Assembly: GCA_033764015.1 (NCBI GenBank)
Contig: JANRJK010000023.1
Location: 32,001-96,000, forward strand
Direction of reading: 5' to 3'
Length of the DNA: 64,000 nucleotides
Source: Candidatus Sumerlaeia bacterium
GTDB taxonomy: Bacteria; Sumerlaeota; Sumerlaeia; SLMS01; JANRJK01
This document shows positions 20,221 to 29,969 of this stretch, piece after piece. Numbering within the stretch: the first letter of the stretch is position 1; every line of letters starts with the position of its first letter. The position numbers and the translations under genes were made by a program. The notes beneath the pieces are model-generated. The model had not been told where the DNA came from. It worked only from the letters and a program-made list of their open reading frames with translations, and searched no databases.

Positions 20221-21812
20221 TGCTCAGGAACTTCGGCGGGAAGGAACTCCTGATCGCCCTGGCCATCTGCGCGCTGACCGCGGTGATCATCGCGTACAAG
20301 GTCGTGGCGCTGGACTACACCCCCGCATTGCTCGAGCCGGAGGATGGCTACAGCGTCCGCTTGAGCATGGACGTGCAGGGCAGCGGCGGCGTCTGCGACA
20401 TCAAGGTCACGCTGCCGATCTCCTCCGACCGGCAGACGGTGCTCCGCGAGGGCCAGAACGCGGACGGCTTCCGCTACACAATCTCCCCGGGACGCGTCGG
20501 GCGCTGGTATGCGAAGGAACTGGCCGACCGGCATTCGATCGCCTACTACGCGATGGTGCAGACGCAGGCGGCCAAGTACCCGCTCCCGCAGGACGAGGCG
20601 ATCCCCACCACCTACACCCTCGCGCTGCAGGCCAACCTCGCGCCAGAGGAGCGGATCGAATCCGAGGACCCCGCCATCGTCGCGAAGGCGCGCGAGCTGG
20701 CACCGCCGGGGACCGACGTGCGCACCACGATCGAGCGCCTGTACGACTTCGCCTACCAGAAGGTGACGTACATCGCGGTGAAGGGACCCAGCGAGGCCAC
20801 GACGGCGCTCGCCCTCGGCGAGGCTTCCTGCAACGGCAAGAACCGCCTCCTCGTCGCGATGCTCCGCGCGTCGGGAATCCCGGCGCGCATGGCGAACGGC
20901 CTCATCCTCGAGAACGCCGGCAAGCGCACCACCCACGCCTGGAGCGAGGCCTGGGTCGATGGCCGCTGGATTCCGCTCTGCCCGACGAACGGCTACTTCG
21001 CCGAGATCCCCGAGAAGTACCTCGAGCTGGCGAAGGGCGATGTCTCCGTGATCACGCGCAGCAAGAACGTGGGCTTCGACTGGCGCTGGCGCATCAACCG
21101 CCAGCTTTCCCAGCCGCAGCGCGTGATCCAGAGCAACGCGGAGAATCCGCTCAACGTCCTCCAGACGTGGACCGCCCTGAAGGAGTACCACATCTCCTAC
21201 GACCTGATCATGGTGATCCTCATGATCCCGATCGGCGCGACCATCGTCGCGCTGGCGCGGAACGTGGTCGGGGTGGTGCCCTTCGGCACCTTCATGCCGA
21301 CGCTCGTGGCGGTGTCCTTCCGCGAGACGGGGTTCCTGCTGGGCGCCCTGGCCTTTTTCGCGGTCATGCTGGTCGCCGCCGCGGTGAACGCCTCGATCAT
21401 GAGGCTGCGCCTGCTGCACATCCCGAGGCTCGCGATTATCATCACCTTTGTCGTGATGTCGATACTGCTGTTCTCGGTCGTCTCGATCCGTCTTGGATTC
21501 ACCAAGGGGGCGGCCATCAGCCTGTTCCCCATGGCGATCCTCTCGCTGACGAGCGAGCGCTTCACGATGACGATCCTGGTCGACGGTTGGAGGGCCGCCA
21601 TCCGGCGCACCGTGACCACGTTCTTCGTCGCGGCCGCGTGCTACGCGGCGATGCGCTCGACGCACCTGCAGATCGCGATCGTCGCCTTCCCGGAACTGCT
21701 CCTGGCCAACGTGGCGGCGAACCTCGTGATCGGCTCCTGGACCGGCCTGCGCCTCACGGAGTACCGCCGCTTCCGCGCGCTGGCCGACCACGACAACCCC
21801 GTCCCCGAGTAG
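20220..21812 (+). CDS. Transglutaminase-like domain fused to 7TM domain (7TM_transglut/UUP1-like)
   Basis: GEASCNGKNRLLVAMLRASGIPAR, HAWSEAWVDGRWIPLCPTNG; C-terminal RNVVGVVPFGTFMPTL...SLFPMAIL...ERF...GLRLTEYRRF; TGATG overlap with upstream stop. Confidence 0.9.
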   Translation: MLRNFGGKELLIALAICALTAVIIAYKVVALDYTPALLEPEDGYSVRLSMDVQGSGGVCDIKVTLPISSDRQTVLREGQNADGFRYTISPGRVGRWYAKELADRHSIAYYAMVQTQAAKYPLPQDEAIPTTYTLALQANLAPEERIESEDPAIVAKARELAPPGTDVRTTIERLYDFAYQKVTYIAVKGPSEATTALALGEASCNGKNRLLVAMLRASGIPARMANGLILENAGKRTTHAWSEAWVDGRWIPLCPTNGYFAEIPEKYLELAKGDVSVITRSKNVGFDWRWRINRQLSQPQRVIQSNAENPLNVLQTWTALKEYHISYDLIMVILMIPIGATIVALARNVVGVVPFGTFMPTLVAVSFRETGFLLGALAFFAVMLVAAAVNASIMRLRLLHIPRLAIIITFVVMSILLFSVVSIRLGFTKGAAISLFPMAILSLTSERFTMTILVDGWRAAIRRTVTTFFVAAACYAAMRSTHLQIAIVAFPELLLANVAANLVIGSWTGLRLTEYRRFRALADHDNPVPE

Positions 21813-21820
21813 CGCGACCC

Positions 21821-22699
21821 ATGTTCGGATTCCGCAAGCCCCTCGACGCCTACGGCATGAACCGCCGCAACCGCGACCTGGTGCTGCTCCACAATCCGCC
21901 CCGCGCAATCGCCCTCGCCAACGACAAGATCGCCACGAAGCGCGCCCTGGCGAAGGAGGGCGTGCCGGTGCCCGCCACCATCGCCGAGATCCGCCGCCAC
22001 CGCGATGTCGCCGCGCTCCTCCCGATCCTCCGCGAACAGCGCCACGGCTTCGTCTGCAAGCCGTCGCACGGCTCCCAGGGGCGCGGCGTGACGCTCTTCA
22101 CCCGGGCCATCCCCGGCTACGTGCTGCCGCTGCATGGCGAGCCGTGGTCGGAGTACGACTTCACGTACTACGTCTGCCGCCTGCTCTCCGGCGAGTACAC
22201 GGTCGGGCGCCCCCTCGACGAGGTCCTGGTCGAGGAGAAGATCAACCCGGACAGGGGCTGGATCATCGCGGACCTCGCCGGACCGCCGGACCTGCGCATC
22301 ATCGTCCACGAGGGCGAGCCGGTATTCTGCATGGCCCGCCTCCCGACCATCGCGTCCGAGGGCCGGGCGAACCTCCACAAGGGGGGCGTCGGCCTCGGCA
22401 TCGACCTCCGCACGGCCCTCAGCCACCACGCGATCATGAAGGAGAAGTCCGTCTCGCACCACCCCGACAGCGGCAACCCGCTCCTCGGCCAGCGGGTCGA
22501 AGGCCTCGCCGACTGCCTCGCCATGGCGAAGGCCTGCGCGCGCGCGATCCCGCTCGGGTACATGGGCGTCGACATCATCCGCGACCGCGACCGGGGACCG
22601 ATCGTCATCGAGGTGAACGCCCGTCCGGGGCTCGCCATCCAACTCGCAAACAGCAGGGGGCTCGCCTCCGTCCTTCGCCCCCGGAGGGACTCCGAATGA
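21821..22699 (+). CDS. Alpha-L-glutamate ligase-like ATP-grasp protein (ATPgrasp_ST/RimK-related)
   Basis: GMNRRN, NDK..TK, KPSHGSQGRG, DLRIIV, RLPT..S.GRANLHKGG, YMGVD, EVNARPGLAIQLAN. Confidence 0.92.
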   Translation: MFGFRKPLDAYGMNRRNRDLVLLHNPPRAIALANDKIATKRALAKEGVPVPATIAEIRRHRDVAALLPILREQRHGFVCKPSHGSQGRGVTLFTRAIPGYVLPLHGEPWSEYDFTYYVCRLLSGEYTVGRPLDEVLVEEKINPDRGWIIADLAGPPDLRIIVHEGEPVFCMARLPTIASEGRANLHKGGVGLGIDLRTALSHHAIMKEKSVSHHPDSGNPLLGQRVEGLADCLAMAKACARAIPLGYMGVDIIRDRDRGPIVIEVNARPGLAIQLANSRGLASVLRPRRDSE

Positions 22700-24582
22700 A
22701 GGCCAGACTGCTCGCGCTCATCTTCGCCGCCGCCGCGTGCGCGCCGCCCGCCGGCGCCCAGAGGCAGGAGGAATCCGTCGCCTCGGTCGCGGACGACAAC
22801 CCCGGGGCGGGCGCAGCCTACCAAGCCGCCCGCGACGCCATCAACGCGAAGGACTGGAAGGCCGCGCGGGCCCGCCTCGGGGCCCTGACTCAGGCCGAGC
22901 CGGGGAACGCGGCATACTGGAACGACCTCGGCTTCGTGCACATGCAGACCGGCGACACGGCTGCGGCGGACGCGGCGCTCCGGAAGGCGCTGGAACTGGC
23001 GCCGGACTACTACCGAGCCGCGTTCAACCGCGGTGTGCTCCTCGCGGAAGGCGGCGACGCCGCGGCCGCGGTCGCCGCCTACGAGGACGCCCTGCGAGCC
23101 AACCCGGGCTTTGCGGAGGCGATGTACAACCTGGCGCTCCTGCACCAGCGGGAGGACCGCATCGACGAGGCGAAGCGCTGGTACGCGAAGCTGCTCGAGA
23201 CGACCCGCGCCGCCCGCTTCTACAAGGCGCACTTCAACCTCGGCCTCATCGCCTCGGGGGAGAAGGACTACCGCGCCGCCGCCGCGCACTACCGCGAGGC
23301 CATGCTCCTCAACCAGGCCTTCCAGCCGGCGCACCTGAACCTCGGCCGCGCGCTCGCGGAACTCGGCGACGATGCGGGCGCCCTCCACGCCTACGAGAAC
23401 GCGGCAAAGCTCGACCCCTCCGATTTCCAGGCGCCGTGGAACATAGGCCTCCTCAAGCGCAGGCAGGAGGACATCGCCGGGGCCGAGGAGCAATTCCGCA
23501 AGGTGCTCGAACTCAAGCCCGACTACGCCCCCGCGCTCTTCAACCTCGCGCAGTACGCGCGCCGCGCGGACCGCGACGGCGAAGCGATCGACCTCTACCG
23601 GCGCTGCGTGGCCAGCGATCCGAAGAACGAGGACGCGTGGTTCAACATGGCGCAGCTCCTCCGACGCCTCGACGACGACCCCGGCGCCGAGGCGGCCTTC
23701 CGCAAGGCCCTCGCCCTCGACCCCAAGCTCGATGCGGCATGGTTCAACCTGGGCCAGATACTCCGCCGGAAGGGGGACGCCAACGGCGCCGAGGAAGCAT
23801 TCCGGCGCACCGTGGAACTCGATCCCAAGACCACCGCCGCATGGTTCAACCTCGCGCAGCTCCTCCGCCGCAAAGGCGACGCCGCCGGCGCCGAGGAAGC
23901 GTTCCGCCGCACCGTGGAGCTCGACGCCTCCAACACCGCCGCATGGTACAACTTCGGCCAGATACTCCGCCGGAGCGAGCGCTTCGACCTGGCGGAAGCC
24001 GCCTTCCGCAGCGCCGTCGGCACGGACGCCAAGCACGCCGAGTCCTGGTACAACCTCGGCAAACTCGCCGCCCGCCGCAAGGACGCGCAGGGCGCGATGG
24101 AGTGCTACCGCGCCGCTTGGGAGGCCGACGCCGGGTACGCGGAGGCGGGCTACAACTTCGCCCTCTCCCTCGCCAAGGCGGACCGCGACGCGGAAGCGAT
24201 CGGCATCTACCGCGCTGTGCTGCGGGTGCTCGATTCCGCCACCGCGGCCGAGCGGGAGCCCGACGAGGATACCGGAGACCTGAGGCGGAAGACGGCCTTC
24301 AACCTCGGGCTCGCCCTGCGCCGCGGCGAGGACTTCGCCGGCGCGGAGGCCGCCTACCGCATCGCGGTCGCCGCGGATCCGGAGTTCGAGAAGGCTTGGG
24401 TGAACCTCGGCTACGCGCTGATGTACCAGAGGAAGTTCGACCCCGCGGAGGAGGCCTTCCGCCGCGCGCTGGAATTGAAGCCCGACTACGACAATGCGAA
24501 CGACGGCCTCCGCGACCTCGAGGCCGCCCGCAACGGAGCCAAGCCCGGCAACGCCGGCAGGAAAGGCGATCCATCTCCATGA
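22696..24582 (+). CDS. Exported tetratricopeptide-repeat protein
   Basis: Signal peptide MKARLLALIFAAAACAPPAGA; about 15 TPRs; ATGA overlap with the ligase stop. Confidence 0.92.
   Translation: MKARLLALIFAAAACAPPAGAQRQEESVASVADDNPGAGAAYQAARDAINAKDWKAARARLGALTQAEPGNAAYWNDLGFVHMQTGDTAAADAALRKALELAPDYYRAAFNRGVLLAEGGDAAAAVAAYEDALRANPGFAEAMYNLALLHQREDRIDEAKRWYAKLLETTRAARFYKAHFNLGLIASGEKDYRAAAAHYREAMLLNQAFQPAHLNLGRALAELGDDAGALHAYENAAKLDPSDFQAPWNIGLLKRRQEDIAGAEEQFRKVLELKPDYAPALFNLAQYARRADRDGEAIDLYRRCVASDPKNEDAWFNMAQLLRRLDDDPGAEAAFRKALALDPKLDAAWFNLGQILRRKGDANGAEEAFRRTVELDPKTTAAWFNLAQLLRRKGDAAGAEEAFRRTVELDASNTAAWYNFGQILRRSERFDLAEAAFRSAVGTDAKHAESWYNLGKLAARRKDAQGAMECYRAAWEADAGYAEAGYNFALSLAKADRDAEAIGIYRAVLRVLDSATAAEREPDEDTGDLRRKTAFNLGLALRRGEDFAGAEAAYRIAVAADPEFEKAWVNLGYALMYQRKFDPAEEAFRRALELKPDYDNANDGLRDLEAARNGAKPGNAGRKGDPSP
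23635..24000 (+). repeat. 102-bp-period intragenic TPR tandem duplication
   Basis: GC(A/G)TGGT(T/A)CAAC units start at 23635, 23737, 23839, 23941. Confidence 0.8.
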
Positions 24583-26189
24583 AGCACGCGACCATCCTCG
24601 CACTGTTCGCGATCGCGGCACCGCTCGCAGCCCAGAACCAGCCCCCCCCCTCAGCCCTGGGCCAGCCATTCGCCGATCCCGTCGTCGGATTCTACGTCCC
24701 GCCGACGCGGAGCGACCAACCGCTCGCCGCGACCGCGAGCGCCGTCTCCGTGTGGGAAAAGGACGGCGCCCGCTGGAAGACCATCATGGATGCGGAGGGA
24801 ACCGGACGGCGCATCCTCGGCCTAGGCGGCTACCCCAAGTCCTCGAAGGCGCTCTACGTGGCCCACACCGAGGGGGTGTCCTACTCGCGCGACGCCGGCG
24901 CCTCCTGGGAGGAGGGCCGGCCCGCCGGCTGGGAAGACGCGGGGGAGTTCGTCGCAATCGCCGTCAATCCCACGGAGCGCAAGCAGGCCATCGTCGCCAC
25001 GCGCACGCGCCTGTGGCTCACCATGCTAAACGGCCGATTCTGGCAGGACATGCCGCGCCCCAGCCCGCGCGAGGAAGTGCGCTTCCTCTCCTTCACCGGC
25101 GGGGACCAGCCGATCCTGGTGCTCGGCACTTCCCAGGCCCTCTACCAGTCCACCAACACAGGCGACACCTGGACCGCCCTCTACCGCACGGAGAACGGGC
25201 CGCGCGCCGTCGCCGTCTCGCCGGAGAAGCCCATCGCCGCGATCGTCGACGAAACGGGCCAACTGGTCCTGTTCGACCTGGCGCGGCCGGGATACCGCCT
25301 GACGCGGACCGTCACGGGCGGCCCCCTTGCCGGCGGGATTGCGTTCTCCGACTCGGGCACCCTGTGGCTCGCGAGCGACGCCGGCGTCGTGGCGGCGCTC
25401 GCGGGAGAGGCCTCCCCCTCGCTGCTGCCCGTCGCGGCCCTTGCGGCGCCGGCCCGCTTCATCGTCCCCAACCCCCGCCTCGCGTCGGGCGCCTACTGGG
25501 TTTCCGGCAACGCCGTCTACCGCTTCGACGACGGCCCCGTGGGCCTTTTCAACGTGCAGAAGTTCGAGCAGGGCATCCCGCTCGCCGCCGCCACCGCCGA
25601 GCCGGACGCCGCCAACCGGGAAGGCGGCCTCGAGGAGGCCGACGCCATCCTCGCACGCGTCATGGCGGGCGAGCCCCCGATCGAGGAAGTCATCGCCGCA
25701 TCGCTCCGCACCGCCGAGATCCGCCCCCGCGACGTCGAGCGCTGGAAGCGGAATGTCCGCCGCCGCAACCTCATCCCCGAAGTGGCCTTCCGCACCGGCT
25801 CCAGCGAAGAGGCACTCAACCGCACCACCATTGTCCGCGAGACGAACCGGTTCGACGAGCAGAGCTACAACGACCTCTACGAGGACGACGAAGTTCGCTG
25901 GATGGACAGCTACTTCGTCGAGTTCCGTTGGGACCTCAAGAACCTCGTCATGGACGACGAGGAAGTCGCCATCTCCGAGGAGGCCCGCCGCGCCGCCGAA
26001 CAGCGCAACAAGGTCGTCACGGACGTCAGCAAGCTCTACTACGAACGCATCGGCATGCTCGTCCGCGAGGAGATGGAGGCAGGCGCCATGTCGACCGAGG
26101 AGGCGATCCGCTTCCGGCTCCGCCTGAGTGAGGCAACCAGCCTCCTGAACGAAATCTGCGGGGAGGGTCTGTACACCTCCACACCGTAG
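24579..26189 (+). CDS. Exported BNR/beta-propeller protein with C-terminal helical domain resembling a half outer-membrane-efflux (TolC-like) unit
   Basis: Signal peptide; YSRDAGASW and STNTGDTW Asp-box motifs; C-terminal EPPIEEVI....WKRNVRRRNLIPEV...FRWDL...VSKLYYER; ATGA overlap. Confidence 0.7.
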   Translation: MKHATILALFAIAAPLAAQNQPPPSALGQPFADPVVGFYVPPTRSDQPLAATASAVSVWEKDGARWKTIMDAEGTGRRILGLGGYPKSSKALYVAHTEGVSYSRDAGASWEEGRPAGWEDAGEFVAIAVNPTERKQAIVATRTRLWLTMLNGRFWQDMPRPSPREEVRFLSFTGGDQPILVLGTSQALYQSTNTGDTWTALYRTENGPRAVAVSPEKPIAAIVDETGQLVLFDLARPGYRLTRTVTGGPLAGGIAFSDSGTLWLASDAGVVAALAGEASPSLLPVAALAAPARFIVPNPRLASGAYWVSGNAVYRFDDGPVGLFNVQKFEQGIPLAAATAEPDAANREGGLEEADAILARVMAGEPPIEEVIAASLRTAEIRPRDVERWKRNVRRRNLIPEVAFRTGSSEEALNRTTIVRETNRFDEQSYNDLYEDDEVRWMDSYFVEFRWDLKNLVMDDEEVAISEEARRAAEQRNKVVTDVSKLYYERIGMLVREEMEAGAMSTEEAIRFRLRLSEATSLLNEICGEGLYTSTP

Positions 26190-26445
26190 TCGGCGGCGCA
26201 GCTAACAGGCGGCGGCCAGCAACCACCTCTCCCTCCGCCTCTCCCACCCCACCTCCCGGGCCGACGCCGGCAACCGCTTCTCGCTCGGGGCGGCCCTCTC
26301 TCCCCTCTCGCGGGGCCAGATCAGGAGCCGTTCCTGGCTGTCCGGCGCGATGAGCGCCAGATCCATCATCTGCGTGGAAGCGGGAGAGGCACGCTCCGGA
26401 CGGAGTCCCCCTCGCGGCTGCGCGGTGCGCAGCCGCTGCTCCGCA

Positions 26446-26913
26446 TCACCGTTCGCGCCACAAGTCGGGGCGCGTTGCGGGAGTGACGCAAAGCTCGGCG
26501 AAGTAGGGAGGATCGATCAGCTTCCCGGCGAGGGGCTCGATCCACTTCTCCCACGCGGCAGCCTCGTCGACCTGGCGTGTCGTGAGCGGCGACCAGCCGC
26601 GCGGTTCGGATCCGATGAAGTGCAGGACCGTCACCTCCGGCGAAGACGAGGCGTAGACGAGCTTCCCTCCAACCCGCACAACCCGCAGGCTGGAGCCCGC
26701 TGCATCGGCGTCGGGGACGACCTCCGCCCCGAGCCGGCGGAACTGTTCGAGCGCCTCCTCCACGGGACCGACCTGCAACGCCACCCGCAGCGAATCCGGC
26801 TCGTCGAAGTGCGCCCCGAAACTCCCGCAGATGCGGAAGTACCGGAGCTTCCTCACCCAGCTCCTCAACTGCGCCGTCTTGTAAGGACCGAGTATCATCG
26901 ATTGCCGCGCCAC
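26446..26913 (-). CDS. Hypothetical protein
   Basis: Protein-like composition (LRSWVRKLRYFRIC...LIDPP....CVTPATRPDLW); followed by a GC hairpin near 26414-26436. Confidence 0.55.
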   Translation of the reverse strand: MARQSMILGPYKTAQLRSWVRKLRYFRICGSFGAHFDEPDSLRVALQVGPVEEALEQFRRLGAEVVPDADAAGSSLRVVRVGGKLVYASSSPEVTVLHFIGSEPRGWSPLTTRQVDEAAAWEKWIEPLAGKLIDPPYFAELCVTPATRPDLWRER

Positions 26914-26961
26914 ACGCTTCGGGAGTTTCCAATACCGGAGTGTCCCGGGAGTGAAGGAGCC

Positions 26962-27120
26962 TCATCGGCTCCTCCCGGGTCGGTCGGCGCCCAGGCGGTA
27001 TCCAACCCACGGCTCGGTGATGAGGAGCCGCGGGCCGCCGGGGTTGGCCCCGAGCTTCTGGCGGAGCTGGTGCAGGTGGACGGGGACGTAGCGGTCCTCC
27101 TGATGGGATGTGCCAGTTGC
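26962..27120 (-). pseudogene. C-terminal winged-helix remnant of an OmpR/KdpE-type response regulator
   Basis: Minus frame QEDRYVPVHLHQLRQKLGANPGGPRLLITEPWVGYRL; in-frame TAG just upstream (27133-27135), no receiver domain. Confidence 0.8.
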
Positions 27121-27728
27121 CTTTGCGATCCACTAAGGGAGCAAGCGCCTTGCCGGGACCGGCGTTTGCGAGGGCGGCACGTTCAGCATCGGCGACCTGC
27201 CCCCCAGGACTTAACAGTTCCGAGCCCCGGCCGATCCCGCGCTTGGCCGGTTCCACGTCACCGCACGGTACGGCGACAGGGCGGACGAAGCGGCTTCGAC
27301 CTTGACACCCATGACGCACTCGGCGGGCGCGTGGCGCCGGACGCGGACACCATTGCCGAGGGCTCGCACAATTGGCGGGTGCTCGCCGCGGGCTCATAGA
27401 AGATGCGGTGCAGCTCGAACAGCTTCAGGGCGGGGAGCAGCCGTGCCACGTCGGCGGTTAGCTCGTTGGTAAGCGGGAGCGTGAATGTTGCCATCCTCGG
27501 AACCTCGCCGCCCTGCGGAATCGATCGGGGAGCTTCGTCCGTTCGCCATCCTTCGTGCCGCGCATCCCAGCCTACATCAGCCAAGTCGCGGCTTCCCGCC
27601 TCGCCGCGCGGGCGGTGGCCTTGACGGCACCACTGGCCCGTTGAAGCTGGCTCCATGACTGCGAATGGTGGCGCTACCTTCACCGGAATGCGCCCGCAGT
27701 GCCGCAAAACCTGTAGGGGGCCCCCTGC

Positions 27729-28451
27729 ATGCCAGCGAACTACCACCCTCGAGCGTTCACGCTCGTCGAGTTGCTGATCGTCGTGGCCATCATCGCGATC
27801 CTTGCTGCGATTGCGGTCCCCAACTTCCTCGAGGCGCAGGTACGCGCGAAAGTCTCCCGTGCGCGATCGGACCAGCGTGCGCTGGCGACCGCCCTTGAGG
27901 CCTACCGGGTGGACAATGCGGCGTACCCGCCGCAGGGACCCAAGACTCAGAGCACCTACCCTTACGTGACTGATGACACGAGAATCTACGGGGGAGATTC
28001 CCCGCGACATGCCGCTGGCAACCCGACGATCCTCTTCCACCTCTCGACGCCAGTTGCCTACATCACGTCCTCCGCTCTCCCGGACCCGTTCTTCAAGGGC
28101 TTCAATCTGGGCGGAACAAGCATCGCCAACGACGTGAGATGGTACAATTACTCCGGAGATTACTTCGGAGGGCGAACCTACCAGCCCTCGACGGACGGAA
28201 CGGTCGAGCAGTTCGAGGCCACCAGCCGCGCGCTTCAGCAGAAAACCGGATGGCACCTGAGGTCGCGCGGTCCTGATGGACTGTTCGCGACTCGCACCGA
28301 AGGAAACTCGGACTTCCTACTCTACCACGGGCAAGCGGGTGCGGGACCCACTGGCAACGGCGGCATCAATGTCCTGTATGACCCGACCAACGGCACGGCG
28401 AGCAGGGGCGACCTGTACCGGCTCGGGTTGGGACGCGTCCCCGGCCAGTGA
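27729..28451 (+). CDS. Prepilin-type N-terminal cleavage/methylation domain protein
   Basis: RA|FTLVELLIVVAIIAILAAIAVPNFLEAQVRAKVSR; SRGPD...YDPTNGTASRGD. Confidence 0.9.
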   Translation: MPANYHPRAFTLVELLIVVAIIAILAAIAVPNFLEAQVRAKVSRARSDQRALATALEAYRVDNAAYPPQGPKTQSTYPYVTDDTRIYGGDSPRHAAGNPTILFHLSTPVAYITSSALPDPFFKGFNLGGTSIANDVRWYNYSGDYFGGRTYQPSTDGTVEQFEATSRALQQKTGWHLRSRGPDGLFATRTEGNSDFLLYHGQAGAGPTGNGGINVLYDPTNGTASRGDLYRLGLGRVPGQ

Positions 28452-28505
28452 GCGACACCCGGAGGGCCTAGGGCCGACACCCGGCCGCCGTTGCTTGGAC
28501 AGTCT

Positions 28506-29237
28506 TCAGTCGTCGTCCGCGTCCCCGGGGTTGCCAATGCCCCCCTCGGCCCCGTTTTCGTTCTCGCCTACCTGGAGGACCGTCCCGACGACCGGGAGCG
28601 TGATGGTCATCCCGGCGGGATCGTAGCCGCGAACCAGCGTCACGGCGAACGCACCGACGATGAGCAGAAAGATGGCCGCGACGATCGGTTGGGCCGATTC
28701 TATCCCCTCCGACGGCTCGCCGCTCTTCTTCCCGTGGATCATGCTGGCGGTGATGTTCTCGCGGTGCTGGATGGTGTGGAGTCCCACGCCCGCCACGTGG
28801 ACCGCCGCCACGCCAACGAAGACGTAGGCGAGGACCTCGTGGACCTCCTTCAGGCCTTCGTTCCCCTGGCCCATCAGGATGCCCGTGCCGGCCATCGCGA
28901 GCACCAACGCGAGGAGCCCGAGGATCGCCAGCGCCGAGCCCGGGTTGTGCCCGATGTATCGCTTCCCACCGCCGACGAGCGTTGCCTTCATGTAGGCGAG
29001 GGCCTCGCCGGGGGAGAAGACGAACGTCCAGAACCGCGCATAACGCGAGCCTACGACGCCCCAAGCGACGCGGAGGCAAACCATGAGCGCCATCGCCAAG
29101 CCGACGATCGCGTGGTAAGGGAAGAGAGGGCTGTCCTCGCCAAGAACGAGCGAGATGACGGCCGCAAACACCAAGCCCCCCGCCAGCAACCAGTGGAAGA
29201 GGCGGACAGGCAAATCCCAGAGGAGGATGCGATTCAT
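28506..29237 (-). CDS. Cytochrome b/b6 domain protein (Ni/Fe-hydrogenase b-type cytochrome-like)
   Basis: WDLPVRLFHW, R..WG.VGSRYARF, GHNPG, EVHE, H..GV...I..RENI...MI.G motifs. Confidence 0.9.
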   Translation of the reverse strand: MNRILLWDLPVRLFHWLLAGGLVFAAVISLVLGEDSPLFPYHAIVGLAMALMVCLRVAWGVVGSRYARFWTFVFSPGEALAYMKATLVGGGKRYIGHNPGSALAILGLLALVLAMAGTGILMGQGNEGLKEVHEVLAYVFVGVAAVHVAGVGLHTIQHRENITASMIHGKKSGEPSEGIESAQPIVAAIFLLIVGAFAVTLVRGYDPAGMTITLPVVGTVLQVGENENGAEGGIGNPGDADDD

Positions 29238-29480
29238 GGCAGGCCTTCTTGGCTGCGCCTCCGGCAAGGACGATCATTGCGAAACCTTGCTCGTTTGGTG
29301 AACACTGCGTAGTCGTACCACGCATCGGCTTTCGAATGTTCAATGTCAACCCAAAAGTCGAGGTGGCGGTATGATGTCGTCCTCATGATCGCCTCCTGAC
29401 CAAGCGGGGCTCCGCATGGTGACTTGTCAGCGAACTCGAGAATCGACCACGCAGCGGGGGGCACACGGGAAGGCTGCGGC

Positions 29481-29708
29481 AGTTTGGAAGGCCCGGGCAC
29501 GGTCGGCGTCTGGTTCGGCACGTTGCAGCTCGGCGCCATCGACCGGCGCACCGACGCCTTCATCCCCGCCCGGGAGGCACCCTGCATGCCGGACTGAACA
29601 AGAAGAGCCCAGAGAAGGGGCGATCACAAAGCGAAGACCGTGGAACACAACGCGTCCGAGTGTTACCCATGTCATGAACCAAATGTGTTACCTGTGTCTT
29701 TACTGAAC
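29481..29708 (+). mobile_element. IS481-family transposase 3' remnant and right end
   Basis: Frame reads SLEGPGTVGVWFGTLQLGAIDRRTDAF (IS481-like C-terminus), followed by tandem TGTTACC(C/T)(A/G)TGTC units at 29661 and 29686, typical of IS481 ends. Confidence 0.6.
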
Positions 29709-29969
29709 CGCGGGGTCAGCCGCGTCCCTCCTTCCGCACTCCCCGAGATCCGCCCTTCCGCCGTGCGGAAATCCGGGGTCCGGAGATGGGAGGGAGAAGT
29801 GCCGGTGGTGGGCCGGGTATCATCCGGTGAAGGTTCGCGGGCGGGTTTGCGGGGTTTTGGGTAGGGGGCTGTGCGGGGAACCCTTGGTTTGGGTGGGGGC
29901 GGAGTTGGGAACGGGGGCGTTGCGGAGGCGGGTCCGCCGGGCGGGCCGAGGCGCCGGGGCGACGGGGCG

